Made by a program: the position numbers and the translations under genes. A stretch of 64,000 nucleotides of DNA from Pristiophorus japonicus (lineage: Eukaryota). The notes beneath the pieces were generated by a model, which worked only from the letters and a program-made list of their open reading frames with translations, had not been told where the DNA came from and ran no database searches. Where the stretch lies: positions 196,850,001-196,914,000 of the forward strand of contig NC_091982.1 in NCBI RefSeq assembly GCF_044704955.1, written 5' to 3'. Positions within the stretch are counted from its first letter, which is position 1, and every line of letters begins with the position of its first letter. Below, piece by piece: positions 50,301 to 61,360 of this stretch.

Positions 50301-51278
50301 TGTGTTTGTTATTTAAAAATAACGTTCAAGACCTCTTATTTTATTAAGACTATTTTGTATCACTTAATAATTGTTGTGAAGTGTCTTCTAATAACGTAAG
50401 TTTTAGTAAAACATGAATGCAGCTGTTATAAAACACTGGCCATGCCAGACCAAGGATGAAACGTCACTTATTAATATAAATATAATAAAACATCTAATTG
50501 TGAGTGGATCTATCTTTAAAAAGGCCATTAACTAATTCACAAACTATCTAAGCCCTTGTTTAAGCAGCCTCCTCTCTTCCTGCAATGTTCAAAATGGCAT
50601 CCATAGGGCCGAGCTCTGTGAGGAAGGCCAGGGAAAAGCAACTATTCTCCAGCAATGTTCTCGGCGAGCGATCAGCCCGGCGATGTACCGAAAGTTGCGC
50701 TGGGCGATGCGCAGTCGATCACCTCAGCGATGTGAGCCGAAAGTTGGGGGGAGGATTTTCTGGCAATGTTCCAACCCAACCTTCCACTTTTTAGTCAAAA
50801 TGGGCGATAGCAGGCCATTTTGGGCGATATTGGGGCACTACGCCAGCGATGTTAAGTGGAAAGTCTAGCCGGGAGCGCCAGACAGAGAGCGAGCGCGCCA
50901 GACAGAGAAAGCGAGAGCGAGAGCGCCAGACAGAGTGAGACAGACAACCGAACCAAACCAGGGACCGAGAATGGGACTGGACCGGCAAGCCCTTCGGGCG
51001 GGGTTGAAGCTAAGTTGCTGCTATGTGTTTTTCAATTCTTTTAATGTGTTGGGAGCTGGCTGTATGCTTCAGCCTCAGCTCGCATTGTGTCCCTGGTTAC
51101 CATGGCAGCCCGATCTTATTGGTGCAGATCAAGGCTCCACCCCCAAAACTAAAGGCCGGGTTACACCAGGCCAAAATGAAGAAATCCAATATTTTTTTTG
51201 GCGTACTTAGGCCACAAAACAAAATAGGGCGTAACTCTTCAAGTACACCAAAAAAATGCTTTGGGGAAAATTGAATCC
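47325..51278 (+). mobile_element. PIF/Harbinger-type element carrying a decayed Myb/SANT-like gene; no transposase seen
   Basis: TIR GGGCTCAATTTTCCCC / GGGGAAAATTGAATCC; TSD ATA, supported by the empty paralogous site at ~58800 (aaacataatca); subterminal inverted repeats 47618-47700 / 50950-51040; 132-N gap at 47723-47854. Confidence 0.82.
48208..50110 (+). pseudogene. Harbinger Myb/SANT-like DNA-binding protein pseudogene (multi-exon)
   Basis: ATG 48208 MSDTDESVRDVETGRKRSKPFSNETNKALVAEVHSR* then RAYRQIWSEIATVVSSASHEARGSNQCQK; a later exon reads GGLAVIQTLTGLEERAAAVVG; pattern resembles NAIF1-like Harbinger ORF1 proteins; in-frame stop and frameshifts. Confidence 0.65.
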
Positions 51279-51822
51279 ATAATCATCGTCCTGAATTAGA
51301 AACCTGAAAATAATTTTCCACATTTCTATCATTACCTTGAGTATATATATATATATATATATACACCCATTAAGTCAACATTTGTTATATAACTACCCAG
51401 TTTCTAATCTCAAGATATTTATTTTGGAACTAACCTATTTCTAATCTTCAAATGATTGTTATGTAACTACCCCGTTTCTGATCCAAGAAAGCCACTCACT
51501 CATAACTTGATATTCAATAAAGAGCTTTCTTGCTATCATGTAACATCATTTCCTGTGACAAGACTACACATGCTGGCATTATGATTATATCTGGAAAGAT
51601 CAGTAGCAATACCGGACAATGGTTCATTGACAATACCATATATTCTACTGACTAAAAAGAAAAGCGTTACTGATGCATTTCTTAGTGTGGGAAGACCATT
51701 TCATGCCATTTTCTGAAAGCTTCAAAAAAATGTCTTGGTTTGACCTTAAGAAAATATACTTATGAAACAGTACTAGTAATAGAAACTAACAGGAACAATA
51801 ATTAAAGCCATGATGGCTAAAG

Positions 51823-53636
51823 CATAGAAACATAGAAAATAGGTGCAGGAGTAGGCATTCGGCCCTTTGAGCCTGCACCACCATTCAATAAGATCATGGC
51901 TGATCATTCCCTCAGTACCCCTTTTCCTGATTTCTCTCATTACCCCTTGATCCCTTTAGCCGTAAGGGCCATATCTAACTCCCTCATCAATATATCCAAT
52001 GAACTAGTATCAACAACTCTTTGCGGTAGGGAATTCCACAGGTTAACAACTCTGAGTGAAGAAGTTTCTCCTCATCGCAGTCCTAAATGGTTTACCCCTT
52101 ATCCTTCGACTATGTCCCCTGGTTCTGAATTTCCCCAACATCGGGAACGTTCTTCTTTCATCTAACCTGTCCAGTCCTGTCAGAATCTTGTAAGTTTCTA
52201 TGAGATCCCCTCTCATCCTTCTAAACTCCAGTGTATAAAGGCCCAGTTGATCCAGTCTCTCCTCATATGTCAGTCTCGCCATCCCGAGAATCAATCTGGT
52301 GAACCTTCGCTGTACTCCCTCAATAGCAAGAACGTCCTTCCTCAGATTAGAAGACCAAAACTGTACACAATATTCCAGGTGAGGCCTCACCAAGGCCCTG
52401 CACAACTGCAGTAAGACTTCCCTGCTCCTATACTCAAATCCCCTAGCTATGAAGGCCAACATACCATTTGCCTTCTTCACCGCCTGCTGTACCTATATGG
52501 CAACTTTCAATGACTATGAACCATGACCCCCAGGTCTCGTTGTACCTCCCCGTTTCCTAATCTGCCGCCATTCAGATAATATTCTGCCTTCGTGTTTTTG
52601 CCCTCAAAGTGAATAACCTCATATTTATCCATATTATACTGCATCTGCCATGCATTTGCCCACTCACCTAACCTGTCCAAGTCACCCTGCAGCCTTTTAG
52701 CATCCTCCTCACAGCTCACACCGCCACCCAGTTTAATGTCATCTGCAAACTTGGAGATATTACACTCAATTCCTTCATCTAAATCATTAATGTATATTGT
52801 AAATAGCTGGGTTCCTAGCACTGAATCCTGAGGCACCCCACTAGTCACTGCCTGCCATTCTGAAAAGGACCAGTTTATCCCGACTCTCTGCTTCCTGTCT
52901 GCCAACCAGTTCTCTTTCCACGTCAGTACATTACCCCCAATACCATGTGCTTTGATTTTGCACACCAATCTCTTGTGTGGAACCTTGTTAAAAGCATTTT
53001 GAAAGTCCAAATACACCACATCCACTGATTCTCTCTTGTCCACACTATGAATTACATCCTCAAAAAATTCTGGAAGATTTGTCAAGCATGATTTCCCTTT
53101 CAGAAATCCATGCTGACTTGGACCAATCCTGTCACTGCTTTCCAAATGCACTGCTATTTCATCTTTAATAATTGATTCCAACATTTTCCCCACTACTGAT
53201 GTCAGGCTAACCGGTCTATAATTCCCCATTTTCTCTTTCCTTCCTTTTTTTAAAAAGTGGTGTTATGTTAGCTACCCTCCACTCCATAGGAACTGATCCA
53301 GAGTCAATAGACTGTTAGAAAATGATCACCAATGCATCCACTATTTCTATGGCCACTTCCTCAAGTACTCTGGGATGCAGACTATCAGGCCCCGGGGATT
53401 TATCGGCCTTCAATCCCATCAATTTCCCCAACACAATTTCCCGCTTTATAAGGATATCCTTCAGTTCCTCCTCCTCACTAGACCCTCGGGGTCCTTTAGT
53501 ATTTCCGGAAGGTTATTTTTCTCTTCCTTCGTGAAGACAGAACCAAAGTATTTGTTTAATTGATCTGCCATTTCTTTGTTCCCCATTATAAATTCACCTG
53601 AATCTGACTGCAAGGGACCTACATTTGTTTTCACTA
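51823..53636 (-). mobile_element. CR1 LINE ORF2 fragment with 3' tail
   Basis: ORFs 52043-52480 and 52507-53229 (NYRPVSLTSVVGKMLE, YLDFQNAFNKVPH, KFADDIKL); catagaaacatagaaa tail. Confidence 0.93.
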
Positions 53637-54214
53637 TACGATGCAGACAGACTTAAAGATCAGTTTACTGAAGTCACAGATGCATCTGTCCATGACCGGA
53701 TTGGTAGGAGTGACCACCACTGTCCCCGTGGAGACAAATTCACATCTTCACACTGAAGACACCATTCATCGTGTTGTGTGGCACTACCACCAAGCTAAAT
53801 AGGATAGATTCAGAACAGATCTAGCAGCTGAAAACTGGGCATCCACGGGGCGCTGTCAGTCATCACCAGCAGCAGAATTGGTTTCCACCACAATCTGTAA
53901 ATTCATAACCTGCCATATTCCTCACTCAACCATTACCATTGAGCCAGGGGACCAACCCTGGTTCAATGAGGTGCCAACCTGGTAAAGCTACAACATAGCG
54001 CTACGTGCATGCTCAACAGCGGAAGCAGCATGCTACAGAGCTAAGCGATCCCACAATCAACGGTTCAGATCAAAGCTCTGCAGTCCTGCCACATCCAGTC
54101 GTGAATGGTGGAGGACAATGAAACAACTAATGCGAGGAGGAGGCTCCATGAACATTCCCATCCTCAATGATGAGTCATAACTAGCACAAAGGAAGATGGT
54201 TGTAGATGGCGAGG

Positions 54215-54715
54215 TCATCCAAAACTCAGTAGCCCGTATCCTAACTCAACCAAGTCACAATCACCCATCACCACTGTGCTTTCTGATCTACATTGGCTCC
54301 CGGTTAAACAACACCGATTTCAAAATTCTCATCCTTGTTTATAAATCACTCCATGGCCTTGTTCCTCCCTATCTCTGATCTTTTTCAGCCTCACAACCCC
54401 ACAAGATGTCTGCGCTCCTCAAATTCAGCCCTCTTGAACATCCCTCATTATAACTGCTTCACCATCAGTGGCCGTTCCTTCAGCTGTTTGGGCCCCAAGC
54501 TCAGGAACTCCCTCCCTGAACCTCTCCGTTTCTCTACCTCTCATTCCTCCTTTAAGATGCTCCTTAAAACCTACCTTTTTAACCAAGCTTTTGGTCATAT
54601 GCCTTAATTTCTTCTTCTGTGGCTCGGTATCAAATTTATCTGTTTTATCTTGCAACACTGCTGTGAAGCGCCTTGGAACATTTTACTACGTTAAAGGCGC
54701 AATATTATTAATAAT
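54215..54715 (+). mobile_element. L2 LINE 3' fragment
   Basis: IQNSVARILT...FKILILVYKSLHGLVPPYL and GRSFSCLGPKLRNSLPE...FKMLLKTYLF are typical L2 C-terminal motifs; tail TACGTTAAAGGCGC. Confidence 0.8.
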
Positions 54716-55080
54716 AATATTAATAATTTGTTGTAGGCCGATTAGCTCAGTCCCAGCACATTGCTGCAGTAGTTGCTCAGGGCAGTGTGCTCGGCCCAAC
54801 CATCTTAGCTGTTTCATCAATGACCTTCCCTCCATCATAGGGTCAGAAGTGGGAATGTTTACTGATGATTGCACAGTGTTCAGTTCCATTCACAACTTCA
54901 GATAACGAAGCAGTCCATGCCCTCACGCAGCAAGACCTGGATAACATTCAGGCTTGGGCTGATAAATGGCAAGTAACATTTGCGCGACACCAAGTGCCAG
55001 GCAACATCCAACATGAGAAAGTCTAACCACCTCACCACTGACATTCAATGGCATTGCCATCATCAAATGCCACACCAGAA

Positions 55081-55684
55081 ATCTCCCGGAGGTCCGGGAT
55101 TAATAAGCTTCTGCAGAACTAAGCTATTTTTATTAAATTGACCGGTATTACCAACCTAAGCTTCAAGCCAATGGCTGCGTCCTGTTGTTGCAAAAGGTTG
55201 TGAAAGGTAGAGACTTGGCTTGCAAGAAGAATGTGCTGATAGCGCTAAAACTGTGAACTGAGACAATTACAAATAGACCCTTGATCACTGAAACCGCAAA
55301 AAGGTCTAGAAGGGTAGAAAATCAGGTAATCCCTAGTTTGCCAAACAAGAGTTAGAGAAGTGTAGAACGTGTACATGCCAAAAGACCCTATTAATTGCTG
55401 CAATTGGGACATGTGATCGGGGATAGGGGTATAATTGAAGAAGAATCATAACTAATCGTCGCAGTCGTAGAGAAGGACCCAATGAGCACCTCCTAAGAAA
55501 GGAAGGGGAAACGTGAAGACATTGCTTACTGGACACTTGCTACACTGACCAGTGCCTGAATCGGCAATATAGAACCTGTTCAAGGCTGTATTTCTTTAAA
55601 GATGTGTATACTCATTGTATAATCCTAATAAAAAGATTTATCGTTACTAATTAAGATCAAGTCTGAGTCCTTGTAATTCTTACA
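55081..55684 (+). mobile_element. Possible LTR-like insertion
   Basis: Interrupts the LINE; AATAAA at ~55627 and ends ...TTACA; no 5' TG terminus or TSD seen. Confidence 0.3.
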
Positions 55685-56528
55685 ACCTCATCCACCGCCT
55701 TAAACATTCACTCCCTCCACAACAGGCACACCATGTCTGATGTGTACACCATCTACAAGATGCACAGCAGCAACTCGGCAAGGCTTCTTCGACAGCATCT
55801 CCCAAACCCGTGACTTCTACCACGTAGAAGGACAAGGGCAGCAGGTGCATGGGAACACCAACACCTCCAAGTTCCCCTCCGAGTCACACACCATCCTAAC
55901 TTGGAAATATATCACCATTCCTTCATCGTCACTGGGTCAAAGTTCTGGAACTCTAACAGCACAGTGGGCGTACCTTCAACACACGGACTGCAGCGGTTCA
56001 AGAAGGTGGCACCCAACCATCTTCAAGGGCAATTAGGGATGGACAATAAATGCTGCCTAGCCAGCGATGCCCACATTATGTGAATGAAAAAAAGCTATGA
56101 AGATGCATATTTAACTAAATATTCCAGCATTACAGACTGAGCTCAGGAATAACTCGTTAGTGGAACATAAATATGTCATGCCGCATCAGGTCATGAGCAG
56201 GACTCTTTAAAGAAAAGACCTAGAAGTTAGAGGAGAAGTATAGCCTTGCATGCCTAAGTAACCACACCTCATTAACTTGAGATCTTCCAGAACCTTTACA
56301 TAGCTGTTAAGATATAAAATGCTTTTGCCATATCACCCAGATTGGTCAACTGAATGGAAAGGGGATTTTCTTTAAATTTAAGATTTGCTTGGTACACCCT
56401 TCAGAAGATTCTCTGTTTAGTTAGATGATCCTCTTGATCTTTTGTAGCAATATTTACCTAGTGGATGTAGAATGGTACCTTTACAAGTACAATGCATATT
56501 CAGAACAGAGTTAAAAGGTTATACAAGT

Positions 56529-58409
56529 CATCATCATAGACAGTCCCTCGGAATCGAGGAAAACTTCCACTCCTGAAGTGAGTTTTTTGGTGGCTGAACA
56601 GTCCAATACGAGAGCCACAGACTCGATCACAAGTGGGACAGGTAGTCGTTGAGGGAACGGGTGGGTGGGACTGGTTTGCCTCACGCTCTTTCCGCTGCCT
56701 GCGCTGGTTTTCTGCATGCTCTCGTCGTTGAGATTCGAGATGCTCAGCGCCCTCTCTGATGCACTTCCTCCACTTAGGGCAGTCTTGGGCCAGGGACTCC
56801 CAGGTGTCAATGAGGATGTCGCATTTTATCAGGGAGGCTTTGAGGGTGTCCTTGTAGCGTTTCCGCTGCCCACCTTTGGCTCGTTTGCCATGAAGGAGCT
56901 CAGAGTACAGCACTTGCTTTTGGAGTCTCATGTCTGGCATGCGAACTATGTGGCCTGCCCAGCAGAGCTGATCGAGTGTGGTCAGTGCTTCAATGCTGGG
57001 GATGTTAGCCTGAAATGAGGACGCCGATGTTGGTGCGCCTGGCCTCCCAGGGGATTTGTAGGATCTTGGAGACATCGTTGGTGATATTTCTCCAGCAACT
57101 TGAGGTGTCTGCATGGTCCATGTCTCTGAGCCATACAGGAGGACAGGTATTACTACAGCCCTGTAGACCATGATCTTGGTGGCAGTTCTGAGGGTCTGGT
57201 CTTCAAACACTTTTTTCCTCGGGTGGCTGAAGGCTGCACTGGCGCAGCGGAGGCGTTGTTGGATCTTGTCGTTGATGCCTGCTTGTTAATAGGAGGCTCC
57301 TGAGATATGGGAAGTGGTCCACAGTGTTCAGGGCCGTGCTGTGGATCTTGATGACTGGGGGGGGAGGGGGGGGGTGCTGTGCGGTGAGGACAGGCTGGTG
57401 GAGGACCTTTGTCTTACGGATGTTTAGCGTAAGGCCCATGCTTTCGTACACCTCAGTAAATACGTCTACTATGTCCTGGAGTTCAACCTCTGTATGTGCG
57501 CCGCAGACACAGGTGTACAGAGGTTAGGATGGTCTTGGATCTGGCCTGGAGACGGCGCAGGTTGAACAGGTTCCCACTGGTTCTGTTGTTTCCCTCATCA
57601 AGGACACCGAGGCAGTCAGGGCCCGCTGGAAGGAGCACTCGAGAGTGTTCTCAACTTCATCCCGCAGCATGCTACCCGCCACCACCTCAGTGAGACCCCA
57701 ACACTGCACGGAGGTAGAAAAAGCCATAAGACAGCTTAAAAACAACAAGGCTACGGGTGCGGACGGAATCCCTGCTGAGGCATTGAAGTATGGCGGAGAG
57801 GCACTGCTGGCGTGAATACACAACCTCATCTCTCTCATCTGGAGGGAGGAGAGCATGCCAGGGGATCTCAGAGATACAGTAATCGTGACCATCTTTAAAA
57901 AAGGAGACAAGTCCGACTGCGGCAACTACAGAGGCATCTCCCTGCTATTAGCCACTGGAAAGTTGTCACTAGAGGCCTCCTCAACCGTCATCTTCCCATG
58001 GCCGAGGAGCTCCTCCCAGAGTCACAGTGCGGATTTCGACCCCTACGGGGCACAACAGACGTGATTTTTGCAGCGCGACAGCTACAGGAAAAATGTAGGG
58101 AACAGCGCCAGCCCTTATATATGGCCTTCTTCGACCTTACAAAGGCCTTTGACACTGTCAACTGCGAGGGTCTATGGAGCGTCCTCCTCCGTTTCGGATG
58201 CCCCCAAAAGTTCGTCACCATCCTCCGCCTGCTCCACGACGACATGCAGACCGTGATCCTTACCAACGGATCCACCACAGACCCAATCCACGTCCGGACC
58301 GGGGTCAAACAGGGCTGCGTCATTGCCCCAACCCTTTTCTCAATCTTTCTCGCCGCCATGCTCCACCTCACAGTCAACAAGCTCCCTGCTGGAGTGGAAC
58401 TAAACTACA
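56529..58409 (-). mobile_element. RTE LINE insertion with a 5' inversion
   Basis: (CAT)n tail at 56529; minus-strand RTE 3' part 56529-~57586; plus-strand upstream RT part ~57590-58409; 11-bp TSD GTTATACAAGT (56518-28, 58410-20). Confidence 0.88.
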
Positions 58410-59829
58410 GTTATACAAGTTAAATGCACAGCTATACTAGCCAGTTACAGGCAGAGATAATTGTGTCACTTAATTGTACAAGTTATCCAAGATCAAGGAA
58501 GGAGAGTGTTAAGGCAGCTAGTTCGGATACAGTTGCCTGTGTGCAAGGCGGATTCAGCTGGAGCAAAGGATCCCAACACCGAAGGGCTCATCAAATCGGT
58601 GTTCCAGTAAATAAATTTACCGTCCCAGGAGGAGAAAGATGATCAGCTCAACCACACCATTCAAAACAAGGGCATAGAATCTTTAGAAACATTGCTAACC
58701 ACAGCACATAGACTCTAATCTATTCAACAGAATGGCTATAGAATTCACTTGTGCCTGAAACATTCATGCAAGTTATTTCCCCCATAAGCCACCAGTTCCA
58801 AACATAATCATTGTCCTGGACTATAAACCTGAAAATAATTTTCCACATTCCCGTTGTTACCTTCAGTTTAGTCAATTCTCAACATTTGTTGAATAACTAC
58901 CCAGTTTCTAATCTCAAGATGTTTATTTAGCAACTAACCCATTTCTAATCTTCAAAACGATTGTTAAGTAACTACCCCGTTTCTGATACAAGAAAGCCAC
59001 TTACTTATAACTTGATATTCAATGAAGAGCTTTCTTGCTATTGAGTTTGCTATCATATCATATCATAACACACTTCCCTGCTTCAAGGCTACATATGCTT
59101 GGCATTATGATTGCATTTGGCAAGGTCAGGAGCAATACAGGACAATGGGTTCATGGACTATACCATAAACTCTACTGGTTAAAAACAAAAACATTACTGA
59201 TGTATTTCTTATTTTAGTGTGGGAAGGCCATTTCATGCCATTTTCTGAAACTTAACTAGGTTAAACCAATAATTTTTTTTTAAGAAAATATACTTATGAA
59301 ACAGTACTAGCAATAGAAACTAACAGGAGCAATGATTGAAGCCATGATGGTCATAGAGATGGAGGAGACTGTACCATCAGTCCACTGAAGAAGTTAAGTA
59401 TTGTGGCAGGATCATGGAATAAAACATTGAAAAAATCCCAATGCCAGATGTCAGAACCCAATCATAAAGCGCTTTGGTAAATTAGTTTTAAACTGCAGGA
59501 ATTGCTATTAAACAGAATCGCAGATAATAGCGAATGCAAAACATCCAATGAGGTGCAGTAACACACATACGCAGCAGCAGCAGATCAATTACAGCGATGG
59601 CTTTGGAGAGGGCCTGTTATCCATGAACTGACGAATTTTGCTGTTCCCCGAGGTAAATGATTAAAATCGCCATCACCGTAACTCACCCACCCACCTGCAC
59701 TAAAGAAAACGGCGAGGGATCGGGGTTGCGAACTTGCACGCACGAGAATTAAAGTCGGAATTTTAACCAAGCAATTTGGAAAAGAAAAATGAAGGTCAAG
59801 AGCAGCAATGAGGTGGCACGGCATGGTAC

Positions 59830-59900
59830 CTGTGGAAAGTTATGCCGCTGCCTTTCTTGAAACGGTTCTTACAGTCCGGGACACTGCACGACACTGGCAT
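59830..59900 (-). CDS. THAP-domain protein exon 1
   Basis: gcaacATG at 59900; MPVSCSVPDCKNRFKKGSGITFH(R), 71 nt, donor CACAG|gtacca; supplies the CxxxxC of the C2CH finger; its phase 2 end joins 40657 to give FHRFP. Confidence 0.92.
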
Positions 59901-60482
59901 GTTGCCGGCGGCCACGAGCGCTCTGCCCGCGAGAAAGATGGCGGTCCGCTGGCGGCGACGTCACTGGGAAAGCGGCCCCTGGATTCGAACTGTGCAGAAA
60001 GAATACAAAACATTCACATTCCTTCATCCCAATCACAAATAATATCGCCTTCATTTACACTAAAACAATATCCTTCATTCACCCTTCAAGGAGGAATCAG
60101 TTCCGCCCTCTTATTTTGCAGCATAAACTAGAGGAGTTTCAGTCGGCCTAAAGATTGCTATCTTTAATGAACCCGCAGTGGCACTGTCTCCACAAGCAGC
60201 ACCCATTTCTATTAAACTTATTTTTTTTCAGTGCCCAGGTTTTATTTTTGCCTTGCTTGGCTATTCTCTTCCGGTCATATCCGCGGCCCCGTCATTTGTC
60301 AGAAGTGAACTGTCAGCGCCGTAAATCTAAACTACAACTCCCAGCAGCTCCATCTGCCGCCTGATCAATCGGTATCAGCCTGATTGGTCCTCGTGCTGCC
60401 GGCGTTAAGTGCCAGTAGCGGAGGAAATGTGTGGCTGGGTATCTCCCAGCGTTTCCATTTTTTTGTCCCAAATTCTGCAAAG
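59901..60482. promoter_or_regulatory. Bidirectional THAP/NCEH1 promoter region
   Basis: Divergent ATGs with 582 bp between them; YY1-type AAGATGGCGG 59935-44; CRE-like GACGTCA 59957-63; ZNF143/THAP11-type ACTACAACTCCCAGCAGC 60331-48; ATTGG 60383-87. Confidence 0.75.
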
Positions 60483-60620
60483 ATGCGAGCAGCAGTCCCA
60501 GTGATCGTGATCGTCGCCGCTTTGACAGCTTACTATGTGTACATCCCACTACCGAGCACGGTCTCCGAGCCCTGGAAATTGATGCTCCTGGATGCAACGT
60601 TCAGAGGAGTCCAGGATATG
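60483..60620 (+). CDS. NCEH1: Neutral cholesterol ester hydrolase 1 (AADACL1), coding exon 1; gene continues beyond the right edge
   Basis: [46 protein letters not shown]|gtatag vs human [46 protein letters not shown]; N-terminal signal anchor; divergent from ECT2 as in mammals. Confidence 0.95.
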
Positions 60621-61089
60621 GTATAGTTTCTCTTTTTCTTGATACTGCATTCCTAACAAGTTGCAAAAGGTTTTTAAAATTGAAGCACCGTTTTCAGGAT
60701 TGAAGTAAAATAATTTACGGTGACCTTTTGTATGTTCGTAGTTTCAAGGGTATCTCAGACTTGCAAATTACAAAATGGTTTATTGCTGTTCTTTTGTGGC
60801 AACGCTATTCGTGCATACGTCCTTTCGCGTACACCTTTCATGTTCTTAAGTAATAAGAAATTCCCAAAGAATGTCGCGTATCAAAAACAAATCCACGTCG
60901 AATCACCCGAAACAAGGAGTGGCAGGCGGTAGTTCCTGAATTGCTAAGATATTCAAAGACAGTAGAATTACAAATCACGTCCGTCAGTATCGGAAAAGAA
61001 AAAAAGGCCGATTAAAATTTTGGCCGCACCTGCTGTGTATTTCCCACTTTAAAAAAAATGTTTTTACCTTTCATAAATATCCAATAATA

Positions 61090-61360
61090 TAAGAATTTGC
61101 ACTAATAAAGTACTTTATCTCGTCTCCAGGACGCTCCAAAGTACTTCACACCCAATACAGTACTTTTGAAGTTTTGTTATGTAGGCAAAAGCAGTAGTTA
61201 ATTTGTATATTACAATATTCTGCAAACAGCAAATGAGATGAATGACCCAGTGAATTGTAATGTTGACTGAGGGAGAAATATTGACGAGGACACTGATAGA
61301 ATTCCTTACTTTTCTTTGAATAACGTCATGGGATCTTTATGTCCATCTGAAAAGGCAGAT
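61090..61360 (-). mobile_element. Old DeuSINE-like (SacSINE1/AmnSINE-related) fragment
   Basis: GTCATGGGATCTTTATGTCCATCTGAAAAGGCAGA and CAAAGTACTTCACA resemble the Deu-domain SINE reverse strand (from recall). Confidence 0.5.

Larger units (their letters stand above)
46429..53672 (+). repeat. Local duplicate (copy A) of the ~1.3-kb sequence at 56200-59390, carrying later insertions
   Basis: Colinear similarity of 46435-47324, 51279-51822 and 53637-53673 to 56200-56528 and 58410-59390; flanked by GTCACAGTTGCATC (46415-28) / GTCACAGATGCATC (53673-86). Confidence 0.8.
45885..56092 (+). mobile_element. Second CR1-group LINE family (APE + RT), broken up by later insertions
   Basis: APE-like piece 45885-46428 (RQDRPTRGGGTVVY, GHLLLITTY) resumes at 53673-54170; RT at 54770-55080 (FINDLPSIIGSEVGMFTDDC); 3' end 55685-56092 with an A-rich tail. 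Confidence 0.7.

Noticed and set aside
29216-59830. THAP-ECT2 read-through fusion using the acceptor 11 nt before the ECT2 ATG
   Set aside because: Splicing from THAP exon 1 (71+11 nt) or exon 2 (261+11 nt) leaves the ECT2 ATG out of frame, and ECT2 has its own promoter
38801-59900. Assigning the symbol THAP1, THAP3 or THAP5
   Set aside because: Features are mixed (THAP1-like exon 1 size and DHNY, THAP3-like FHRFPxSRP, THAP5-like length) and I do not recall this synteny for any of them; a phylogeny is needed
60384-60482. N-terminal extension of NCEH1 suggested by the ORF track
   Set aside because: Starts at a non-ATG codon overlapping the CCAAT box; homology begins at ATG 60483
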